Of a DNA stretch of 43,913 bases, positions 17,314 to 26,918 are shown piece by piece. The stretch comes from Candidatus Daviesbacteria bacterium (lineage in GTDB: Bacteria; Patescibacteriota; Microgenomatia; Daviesbacterales; UBA10151). Each line of letters opens with the position of its first letter. Position 1 is the stretch's first letter. The notes beneath the pieces are model-generated. The model did not search any database, was not told the origin of the DNA, and saw nothing but the letters and a program-made list of their open reading frames with translations. The position numbers and the translations under genes were made by a program. The stretch covers positions 1-43,913 of the forward strand of contig JACPKO010000038.1 of assembly GCA_016186985.1 (NCBI GenBank). The letters run 5' to 3'.

Positions 17314-17832
17314 TCAAGAAGATTTTGGATCTTCTTTTAGCTCTTTTAGAAAACGAATCTCAAGACCTTTAAAACTGCTCCCCAGCTGTAATTTAAAAAC
17401 AAGCATATGCAAATGCTCGAGGTAAGGCTCCATCATCCAGCCGTTTAAACCGGTTACTGCCAGTTTTTGTCCGGTTTTAACAAAATCACCAATTTTAACT
17501 TTAACCGAACTTTTTTTAATATGCGCAAGCTGGGAATATTCGCCATTTTCGTGCGCAATTGTAATATAGTTTAGAAACGGAGCAAATTCCTCAGTCTCGC
17601 CATGCCTATCAAATTGGTCAACAATTTCAATAACCTTCCCGTCCAAAGGCGCTAAAACAGCACTGCCCAAATCAACTGCAAAATCAACCGCTCCGCGGAA
17701 AGGTCCTTCATGCGAAGGCCAATCATATAAAATGTTTTTGATTTTAGTTTCAGGATTTAGGGGAAGACTGTAAATATTTTTGGTTTTTTCGAAAGATGAT
17801 CTTTTAAAAAGGGAGGTGAATGTATTACTCAT
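17314..17832 (-). CDS. M23/LytM-like peptidase domain protein, no signal peptide
   Basis: Shows VDFAVDLGSAVLAPLDGKV, HENGEYSQLAHI, GQKLAVTG and EHLHMLVF. The first His of the HxxxD motif is not obvious. Confidence 0.65.
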   Translation of the reverse strand: MSNTFTSLFKRSSFEKTKNIYSLPLNPETKIKNILYDWPSHEGPFRGAVDFAVDLGSAVLAPLDGKVIEIVDQFDRHGETEEFAPFLNYITIAHENGEYSQLAHIKKSSVKVKIGDFVKTGQKLAVTGLNGWMMEPYLEHLHMLVFKLQLGSSFKGLEIRFLKELKEDPKSS

Positions 17833-17847
17833 TTAGCCTAAGTATAA

Positions 17848-18570
17848 TCATTTTCTATGACTCCAGTGCCAGGGTTCAAAAGTAATGCCATCAGGATTCC
17901 CCTTGGGATAAGATAAAACAAATCCATATCTTGAAGCATTCTGCAGAAGCCATAAATATTCATCTGTAAGCGCGAAACTTTCGTCAACACCTCCTTCACT
18001 AACACCGGTTTTGGGAGCCAAATCTATTGCCTGTCTTTCCGGAAAACCATGTTCACTATGACCAACAGCTGCAACCAATTTGAATGTGCGATCGATATCA
18101 AAATCAAATCTTTGAAAATAGTTCAGCAATGTAACTAGTTGAAAGGCGGGCGATCTATAACCTGATTCCACAACTAAACCTCTATCTAAATCGCGCTTAA
18201 TATGCTCGTTCATTGCAAGATAAGCCCGATGCGTTCTTTCCGGAAGGTATTGAGTCTCAATCGGCGTTTCCCGTTGCCCCTCCTGAGCATTTACCAAATA
18301 ACGCTGACCTCTAATAGGAACTAAATCTGCCGGAGGCGGCATTATTCCAAGATGAGAAGTAGCCACCCCGTGATTTTTAGGATCAATGGCTAAAATTCTC
18401 CCCACAAATTGTAATTCCTTGGCATTAAGCAGAGAATAGAGCTGATCAAATCCCATCCTAGCCGCTGCACTGTCAACCGGATCATCCGCTATCTGAACTC
18501 TTTCTAAAATAGAACTGACTGTCAATCGATCTATCCTTGCAATATTGAATCTCTTTCCTCGTTCTGTCAT
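17848..18570 (-). CDS. M15B (VanY-type) D-alanyl-D-alanine carboxypeptidase-like protein, no signal peptide
   Basis: Shows SGYRSPAFQ, HSEHG......AIDL and EPWHW motifs. Confidence 0.8.
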   Translation of the reverse strand: MTERGKRFNIARIDRLTVSSILERVQIADDPVDSAAARMGFDQLYSLLNAKELQFVGRILAIDPKNHGVATSHLGIMPPPADLVPIRGQRYLVNAQEGQRETPIETQYLPERTHRAYLAMNEHIKRDLDRGLVVESGYRSPAFQLVTLLNYFQRFDFDIDRTFKLVAAVGHSEHGFPERQAIDLAPKTGVSEGGVDESFALTDEYLWLLQNASRYGFVLSYPKGNPDGITFEPWHWSHRK

Positions 18571-18576
18571 ACGAGA

Positions 18577-18605
18577 ATATTAAACTTATAGTAAACAAGA
18601 GTCAA
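18577..18605 (-). promoter_or_regulatory. Putative promoter TTGACT-17-TAATAT, 6 nt upstream of ATG (leaderless)
   Basis: The - strand reads TTGACT, then CTTGTTTACTATAAGTT, TAATAT, TCTCGT and ATG(18570). Confidence 0.45.
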
Positions 18606-18625
18606 AAAGATGCGCCTAATTTTTT

Positions 18626-18639
18626 AACTATTAATAGTT
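18626..18639. promoter_or_regulatory. Perfect 14-bp palindrome AACTATTAATAGTT, candidate operator
   Basis: It lies in the divergent intergenic region between the M15 peptidase gene and the TrmB-family regulator gene. Confidence 0.3.
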
Positions 18640-18690
18640 TAGATTGTTCCAGAAAGCTAATTCATTTATTACTTATTTTGTCCAATTATG

Positions 18691-18720
18691 TTAGACATTT
18701 AATATATTCTGTGCTAAAAT
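18691..18720 (+). promoter_or_regulatory. Putative extended -10 promoter of the TrmB-family gene
   Basis: TTAGAC at 18691-18696, an 18-nt spacer ending in TGC, then TAAAAT at 18715-18720. Confidence 0.4.
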
Positions 18721-18734
18721 TATGTTTATTATTT

Positions 18735-19484
18735 ATGGATAAAATAATTCAGAAAACATTAGCAAGTCTAGGGCTTAATCCTAAAGAAATTAAGTTTTAT
18801 GAAACCTGTTTTAAATTAGGGCCGTCAACAGTAAATGAAATTGCTAAACAGTCCCGACTGCAAAGATCAACGGCCTACCTAATTGCCCAGGAACTAATCA
18901 AAAAGGGTTTTTTGCAGGAAGATTTAAAACAATATAAGAAAAAAGTATTCGCTCTAAATCCGGCTAAGTTACTACAAATGCTTTCCTCAAAACAAAGACT
19001 GCTAAGAAGGCAGGAATTAGAACTGGAGGAAGCATTGCCATCCTTACAATCCCAATATCAGTCTTCAGAAATAAGGCCGAAGGTAAAAGTTTTTGAAGGA
19101 AAAATGGGTCTTTTGCAAATCTGGAATGATATTTTATCAACAAAAGGAGAGATCCTATGTTGGACCAATCAGGAAACAGAAAATTTGGGAATAGGACTCC
19201 TAAACGATAAGTTTATCAAGGTGAGAATTAAAAAGGGGATAAGGATCCGGGTGCTTGCTGTTAATAACCCAAGGGGAATGCAACTTCCACCTAAAGATAG
19301 CCAATCCTTTAGAGTAACTAAAATTCTTCCAAAAGAAACTTTTTTTACAACTGAAACTTACATATATGATAATAAGGTGGCAATTTTGGATTACACAAAA
19401 GATATTATCGGAACAATTATTGAAAGCTTGCCGATTTCTTCCGCGCAAAGAGCAATATTCGAACTTTCCTGGACTCGCCTCTAA
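18735..19484 (+). CDS. TrmB-family HTH transcriptional regulator
   Basis: The N-terminus LGLNPKEIKFYETCFKLGPSTVNEIAKQSRLQRSTAYLIAQELIKKGFL is a TrmB-type wHTH. I prefer the ATG at 18735 over the TTG at 18678 because the predicted promoter lies inside the longer ORF. Confidence 0.8.
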   Translation: MDKIIQKTLASLGLNPKEIKFYETCFKLGPSTVNEIAKQSRLQRSTAYLIAQELIKKGFLQEDLKQYKKKVFALNPAKLLQMLSSKQRLLRRQELELEEALPSLQSQYQSSEIRPKVKVFEGKMGLLQIWNDILSTKGEILCWTNQETENLGIGLLNDKFIKVRIKKGIRIRVLAVNNPRGMQLPPKDSQSFRVTKILPKETFFTTETYIYDNKVAILDYTKDIIGTIIESLPISSAQRAIFELSWTRL

Positions 19485-19529
19485 ATTTATATCTTCTTTT
19501 TTTAGGCAATCTCTGTTACAAAGCTCTAT

Positions 19530-20004
19530 ATGCAGCCGGAGATTATTGTTTCTAAAAACAGGGAAGCTCGCGATCAAAAGATTTGGCAAATACTGGAAGG
19601 ATTTAAAATCAAGAGTGACAACCTGGATATTTTAGTATTCGATGATGAAAAGATTGGTATAGCGCAAATTAAGCAGTTAATAAAGCACCTCTCACTTATC
19701 AAGATGCCACATCGAAAGTTCAAAGTTCAAAGTTCAAAGTTCAAAGTTTGATATTGACAAAATTTTAAACGCTTCCATCGAGGAAAGGTTTGAGATCATT
19801 GAGAAAACTGAGGATAAAGAGAGGTTTTTAGAAAACTTGATTCAGTCATACCGCGAGAAAATAAACAATCCAGATGTCATTTCATATCAAACCTCCGAGA
19901 TTGGATTTTTGGAGGATTTATTGCAGGCACAGATTTGGAAGGAGTCAAACGTTAATATCCGGACTATTTTAGAATACCTTATGCTCAGATTAAAAAGTGA
20001 CTAG
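19530..20004 (+). pseudogene. Possible DNA polymerase III delta-prime (HolB)-like remnant, split by frameshift at a heptamer repeat
   Basis: The 73-aa N-terminal fragment (..EKIGIAQIKQLIKHLSL..) stops at 19751. An 83-codon open frame from 19753 to 20004, in the +1 frame, encodes a helical C-terminal-like domain. The AAA+ core between them is missing. Confidence 0.4.
19715..19749. repeat. Perfect tandem heptamer (AAAGTTC)x4 plus one degenerate copy
   Basis: Copies lie at 19715, 19722, 19729 and 19736, with AAAGTTT at 19743. Confidence 0.9.
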
Positions 20005-20042
20005 TTTGGATTATTCCAACAGTCTAAAATATGAATATTACC

Positions 20043-22103
<2,061 letters not shown>

Positions 22104-22114
22104 ACTGCGAAGAT

Positions 22115-23566
22115 TTAAATTTTATACCGCTTGCCAAAAGGTTTAACCAGACTTGGAGTCAACCAGAATTCAGGTTCGATCGCAACAGAGACGGGTTTTT
22201 TCTGTTCCCGCTCCTTTGCAACCATTTCTAAAAAGTCCCTTGTTATCTTCAGGTAGTTAAATTTATCTACATGTTCCAAACCTCTTTTGATAATTTCCTC
22301 ACGATTAATTTCACCTTTTAAAACCTGTGCAATTTTTCTGGCCAAATCTTTAGGATCAGAGTGCTTAGCATATAAGCTGTGTTCTCCAGCAGCTTCCGGT
22401 ACTCCACCCACCCTGGTTGTGAGCATTACACAACCTGAAGCCTGGTATTCTAACGCGCTGATACACAAAGTTTCAACAAAGGTTGGGGTAGGTTTTGTTG
22501 GAATTATCCCCAAGACTGACGATTGCATTAACGCCCTCTTTTTCTCGGGATCCAAAATTGCGCCTGTAAAATAAACATCAGTCAATTTTAGATCAGAGGC
22601 TAGTTTTTTTAGGTTATCCAGTTCAATTCCGTCTCCACCAATTACCAGGCAGGTTTTCGGGAAGGTTTTTTTTATCATGCCGTAAGCCTTAATCAAATCA
22701 TCTATGCCTTTTTCAGGAAATACCCTGCCAAAAGTGGAGATTATTTTGAAATTTGGATTTATTTTAAACTCCTTCTTAAAGTTTTTTATTGCTTTCATAT
22801 CTTTTTTCTTTAAATATTCATTCTCAACAGGAGCGTATAATACTTGCAGTTTTGAGGCTATTTGGCTGGACGCTTCCGGAGGAAGGATGATACTGGAAAA
22901 CTCAATAATTTTATCCTTTGCATATTTGGAAACAGCAAACATTAAATCACCCTCTAACAGCTGGAGCAGTAAAAACTTTCCCTGGCCATCCTCAAGATGA
23001 TTGGCTATAGAATTCAAAATATCTGACCCAATGGCTTTGTGGGCTGTAATTACTTCTTTATTAAGTATTTTTTTTGCATATAATTTCGCCTGATTGGCAA
23101 TATAAGCATGCGGATCAAGGTAGTATGTTGATAAAACATTAACCCCTTTATTTTGCACCAGGTTAATTACCCTTCCAATAAAAGCTTTAATCAGTTCACC
23201 GTCAAAAACTTTCACATCTGCTTGCGCTAGAGGGTTAATCCTGTGGATGTTTACGAATTTTTCTGATTTTTCCTTGAGTTTAAAATAATCATCAACTTTA
23301 GGCTGGTTGTTATGAAGCTCCACGGGCGTAAGCCCGTGGTTTCTTCTCAGCTTCACAGCTAAAGCTGTGTTATTTAAAGCATTAATCCTCGGATTTACAT
23401 CCGAGGTTTTCTGCTGTAGCTGATAAAGAGTTGGGTTATAAGTTACCTGGTGGTGTTTATAGCCGGTAATCTCAAATAAAGCTTTTGCCTGGTTTTTAGC
23501 TTCGGTTGAAGGACCTGATATATAGGGCGGATATTTACTTATGGTAGCAACTAATGGTTTTTTCAT
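22115..23566 (-). CDS. GT-B fold glycosyltransferase (GT4-like) with long N-terminal region
   Basis: The C-terminal half has GRVFPEKGIDDLIKA and ...EYQASGCVMLTTRVGGVPE. Confidence 0.8.
   Translation of the reverse strand: MKKPLVATISKYPPYISGPSTEAKNQAKALFEITGYKHHQVTYNPTLYQLQQKTSDVNPRINALNNTALAVKLRRNHGLTPVELHNNQPKVDDYFKLKEKSEKFVNIHRINPLAQADVKVFDGELIKAFIGRVINLVQNKGVNVLSTYYLDPHAYIANQAKLYAKKILNKEVITAHKAIGSDILNSIANHLEDGQGKFLLLQLLEGDLMFAVSKYAKDKIIEFSSIILPPEASSQIASKLQVLYAPVENEYLKKKDMKAIKNFKKEFKINPNFKIISTFGRVFPEKGIDDLIKAYGMIKKTFPKTCLVIGGDGIELDNLKKLASDLKLTDVYFTGAILDPEKKRALMQSSVLGIIPTKPTPTFVETLCISALEYQASGCVMLTTRVGGVPEAAGEHSLYAKHSDPKDLARKIAQVLKGEINREEIIKRGLEHVDKFNYLKITRDFLEMVAKEREQKKPVSVAIEPEFWLTPSLVKPFGKRYKI
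23313..23370. repeat. Two adjacent hairpins inside the glycosyltransferase gene
   Basis: The first hairpin has outer arms TGAAGCT/AGCTTCA, an inner stem CCACGGGC-GTAA-GCCCGTGG and a 9-nt bulge. The second is CACAGCT-AA-AGCTGTG. Confidence 0.45.
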
Positions 23567-23592
23567 TGTTTGCTTTTCGGGACTAAACGGGT

Positions 23593-23621
23593 ACTATAAC
23601 GGGTTTTAAACAAAGAATCAA
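23593..23621 (-). promoter_or_regulatory. Putative promoter TTGATT-17-TATAGT for glycosyltransferase 22115..23566
   Basis: The motifs lie on the - strand, 26 nt upstream of the ATG. Confidence 0.35.
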
Positions 23622-23643
23622 CTAGCGAATATTGTGACTGAAA

Positions 23644-24756
23644 CTAAGAGTTCTTATCAAGAAGCCGGGTATAAAGGGCAATATATTCATTAATCATCTT
23701 CTCTTTTGTAAAATGCTTTTGGACATATTTCCTGCAAGCTGTTCTATCAATCTCTCCGATCCGCTTCACTGCCTCAACAAGTCCCTCAATTCCTTGTTTT
23801 TTTATTATCCACGATTCTTTATGCGGCCTGTCTTCATTATCGGGATCAATGACAAATCCGGTCACCCCATCTTTAACAACTTCAGATATTGCGCCCCTGT
23901 TATAAGCAATAACCGGAGTGCCGCAAGCCATTGCTTCAACCATAACCAAACCGAATTCTTCTTCAAGATGGGTCGGGAAAAGCAATGCTTTAGCATTTTT
24001 ATAAAGGGATATCTTTTCCTTTTCTGTAGAAGGACCTTTATACTTAACATTATTTGAAAAATTAGGTTTAATCTTCTCGGCAAAGTAAGTTTTGTGTTCA
24101 GGCCGGATAGGCTCTCCACCGGCAAGAATAAGTGGAAAGCCTCCGGCGTATGAAGCATCCATTGCATCTTTTATTCCTTTTGGCGGAACCATCCTGCTAA
24201 ACCATAAGATGTAGTCCTCCGATTTTGGAGAAAAAGGGAATAAGGAAATATCAATTCCATAATAAATTACTTCGCTACTAAATAGGCTATTTGATATTTT
24301 TTGGGCAGCTTTTGAAGCAAATACAACTACATCTTTGTTTTTTCTCTGGGTTTTTTCAAGAACTGACTTTAAGTTTGGGGATTTCCAGTGATGATTATGC
24401 ATTGTTGTTACAATTGGACAATCAGCAAAAGCAGAAAACCCCGAAAAAAGATAAAAATGGTAATAATTGTTGTGGATAATATCAAAATCCTTACTTTTTT
24501 CGATGACATTACCGGCTTGTAAAATTTGGTAAGGGATTCGTGTCTCCAAATCTCCCTCATATAAACCATTTGTTTGTTTTGAGCTACAAACTGAAATAAG
24601 TTTGGCGCGGGTTTTACTGTCTGAGGTTGCAAAAAGCGACACATCAGCCCCTTTATCTACTAACCCTTCCGTCAAAAGGTGGGCAAACATTTCTGTACCT
24701 CCAATACTCTCCGGCGAAATTGGTTTGAGTAAGCTTGCAACTATTGCTACTTTCAT
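23644..24756 (-). CDS. GT4-family glycosyltransferase
   Basis: Shows FSRMVPPKGI and EEEFGLVMVEAMACGTPVIAYNRGAISEVV, an EX7E-type motif. Confidence 0.85.
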   Translation of the reverse strand: MKVAIVASLLKPISPESIGGTEMFAHLLTEGLVDKGADVSLFATSDSKTRAKLISVCSSKQTNGLYEGDLETRIPYQILQAGNVIEKSKDFDIIHNNYYHFYLFSGFSAFADCPIVTTMHNHHWKSPNLKSVLEKTQRKNKDVVVFASKAAQKISNSLFSSEVIYYGIDISLFPFSPKSEDYILWFSRMVPPKGIKDAMDASYAGGFPLILAGGEPIRPEHKTYFAEKIKPNFSNNVKYKGPSTEKEKISLYKNAKALLFPTHLEEEFGLVMVEAMACGTPVIAYNRGAISEVVKDGVTGFVIDPDNEDRPHKESWIIKKQGIEGLVEAVKRIGEIDRTACRKYVQKHFTKEKMINEYIALYTRLLDKNS

Positions 24757-24764
24757 AAGGACGT

Positions 24765-24770
24765 ATTATA
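24765..24770 (-). promoter_or_regulatory. Putative -10 box TATAAT, 8 nt upstream of ATG 24756
   Basis: The - strand reads TATAAT, then ACGTCCTT and ATG. The -35 region is weak. Confidence 0.3.
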
Positions 24771-24783
24771 ACTCAAGGATCCC

Positions 24784-24812
24784 TTGATAATTAACTCGTC
24801 TTACACGAAAAT
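24784..24812 (+). promoter_or_regulatory. Putative promoter TTGATA-17-GAAAAT, 6 nt upstream of ATG 24819 (leaderless)
   Basis: TTGATA at 24784-24789 and GAAAAT at 24807-24812. Confidence 0.4.
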
Positions 24813-24818
24813 AAGCTC

Positions 24819-26918
24819 ATGGATTTAGAAAATATAGCAGTTGTAGTTCTTGCCGCAGGCAAAGGCACAAGGTTTGGGGAAAGCTATACTAAGCTTCTCC
24901 ATCCTATATTCAGAAAACCCTTAATTTATTATCCAATCCAAAATCTTAAAAATTTGGGAATTAATAACATTATTACCGTTTTGTCTGACCCGAAAGTAGA
25001 AGACGAGATCAAAAAATACATAGAGTGCGATTTTGTGTATCAAAGGAAGCTTTTAGGCACAGCTGATGCTGTTAAACTGGCACTTACTAAATTTAGCTTT
25101 ACACCTTTAAGGTGGGAAGCTAAAACTGTGATGGTTATAAACGGTGACGACGCAACTCTTTATACAAAAAAAACGCTCGAGGAATTTTTAAGGTCCCACG
25201 AAGCAAACCGGACCGAAATAAGTTTAATGACAATCAAAACTCCAAGGGCGATGGAAGCGGGAAGGGTTATTCGCGATAAAAAAGGTAATTTTTCCAAAAT
25301 TTTAGAGTATAAAGAATATCTGGAATCGGGCACAGTAAGCAAGGAAATCAATTGCGGGGTTTATCTTTTTAATACAGATTTTCTGAGGAAAAATTTGCCA
25401 AAGGTGGAAAAATCCCAAAATGGAGAATATTATTTAACAGATCTATTAAATATTGCTAAAGAACAGGGAAAGAGGATAAATTTATTTGTTTTAAAAAACC
25501 ACTCAGAGTGGATTGGGATTAATGACAAAAAAGATTTAAAATATGCTGAAAACGTAATTTCAAAAAGGGGGTTAATTATGAAAGAAGAAAAATTACCTAA
25601 AAAGATAGTTCATTTCTTAGGTATTGCCGGCTCCGGCACTTCCTCTTGTGCTGCAATTGCTAGATCTTACGGATATACGATTTCTGGCTGTGATATTAAC
25701 CCAACCGATGAATTTACAAAACCTCTAAAAGGAGTTGATATTTTAAAGGGTCATTCTAAATCTCATTTGCAAAACGTAGATCTTTTGGTTGTCACCCCCG
25801 CAATTTTTTCATTGGATCCAAACAACGAAGAGCTTATTGAAGCCAAAGAGAGAAAGATGAGCAAAGCTCGCGGTCGAGACCCGCTTAAAATTTTAACCTG
25901 GCAGCAGTTTTTAGGTAGAAATTTGACAAAAGACAAATTTGTAATTGCCGTCTGCGGAACACATGGTAAATCAACAACCACTGCTATGATTGGGAAGTTA
26001 TTGGGAGATGCAAATTTGGATCCAACAATAATGCTCGGCGCAAACGTTAAAAAATGGGGTGGGAATTTCAAGATTGGTCATACTAAATATTTTGTTGTTG
26101 AAGCGGATGAGTTTAACGATAACTATATGTCTTTAACTCCGGATGTTTCAGTTGTGACAAATATTGAATTTGACCATCCCGAGTATTTCAAGGATTTTGC
26201 AATTTATAAAAGGTCTTTCCAGAATTTTTTGCATAAAACCAAAAAAATGATTCTGGCAAATTTGGAAGACAGTGGAACAAGAAAAACTTTACTTGAGGAA
26301 AACGCACAATATGGAATGTTTTTTAAACCAGTCTCAGATTATTCTAAGAATTTAATTGATTTTCCCCTAAAAGTACTTGGCAGTCATAACATCTTAAATG
26401 CATCTGCTGCATACCATGTCGGTGTTGCCTTAGGAATAAATCCAAAAGTAATTAAATCGAGTTTAAAAAACTTTGATGGAATAGACAGAAGAATAGAATA
26501 TCTCGGTAATATAAATGGCGCAAAAGTATATTCAGATTTTGGCCATCACCCAACTGAGATTAAGGTTACTGTGCAGGCTTTGAGACAAAAATATCACGAT
26601 CGTGAAGTTATTGTCCTATTCCAACCGCATATGTTTTCCAGGACCAAAGCACTATTTTCCGATTTTGTAGAAGTTTTCAGAAATCTTCCTGTTAAAAAAG
26701 CATATATCTTAGATATTTATCCCAGCAGGGAAATAGATACAGGACTTGTAGACAGTAAGCAGCTGGTTCAAGCAATAGGAAAAGAAAATGTCCAATACTC
26801 AAGAAACCTTAGCAAAACTTTCCAGGAACTCACTAACCAACTAACCAATCGCCATTTGGTAATTTTTATGGGGGCAGGGGATATAGATCAAAAAATAAGA
26901 TTAAAGATCAATGATTAA
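24819..26918 (+). CDS. murC: Fusion protein: GlmU-type sugar-1-phosphate uridylyltransferase domain + UDP-N-acetylmuramate--L-alanine ligase MurC
   Basis: Residues 1 to about 250 carry LAAGKGTRFG, GTADAV, EINCGVYLF and GEYYLTDLL, with no LbH acetyltransferase domain. Residues from about 265 to 699 carry HFLGIAGSGTS, CGTHGKSTTTAM, VVEADEFN and GHHPTE. Confidence 0.85.
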   Translation: MDLENIAVVVLAAGKGTRFGESYTKLLHPIFRKPLIYYPIQNLKNLGINNIITVLSDPKVEDEIKKYIECDFVYQRKLLGTADAVKLALTKFSFTPLRWEAKTVMVINGDDATLYTKKTLEEFLRSHEANRTEISLMTIKTPRAMEAGRVIRDKKGNFSKILEYKEYLESGTVSKEINCGVYLFNTDFLRKNLPKVEKSQNGEYYLTDLLNIAKEQGKRINLFVLKNHSEWIGINDKKDLKYAENVISKRGLIMKEEKLPKKIVHFLGIAGSGTSSCAAIARSYGYTISGCDINPTDEFTKPLKGVDILKGHSKSHLQNVDLLVVTPAIFSLDPNNEELIEAKERKMSKARGRDPLKILTWQQFLGRNLTKDKFVIAVCGTHGKSTTTAMIGKLLGDANLDPTIMLGANVKKWGGNFKIGHTKYFVVEADEFNDNYMSLTPDVSVVTNIEFDHPEYFKDFAIYKRSFQNFLHKTKKMILANLEDSGTRKTLLEENAQYGMFFKPVSDYSKNLIDFPLKVLGSHNILNASAAYHVGVALGINPKVIKSSLKNFDGIDRRIEYLGNINGAKVYSDFGHHPTEIKVTVQALRQKYHDREVIVLFQPHMFSRTKALFSDFVEVFRNLPVKKAYILDIYPSREIDTGLVDSKQLVQAIGKENVQYSRNLSKTFQELTNQLTNRHLVIFMGAGDIDQKIRLKIND
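25860..25886. repeat. 27-nt GC-rich patch encoding SKARGRDPL, an apparent in-frame insertion in MurC
   Basis: The sequence is AGCAAAGCTCGCGGTCGAGACCCGCTT. B. subtilis MurC has 9 fewer residues at this point (..ALSEGIPVIRYHKFLG). Confidence 0.4.

Noticed and set aside
17848-18570. A vancomycin-resistance-type module (VanY-like peptidase plus ddl in the same window).
   Set aside because: The two genes are 15 kb apart. There are no vanH, vanX or vanRS homologues, and the Ddl has ordinary D-Ala-D-Ala ligase motifs as far as I can judge by eye.
19715-19749. Short tandem repeats considered as a possible CRISPR array or other spaced-repeat system.
   Set aside because: The units are only 7 nt long and directly tandem, with no spacers. 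No cas genes are present in the window.
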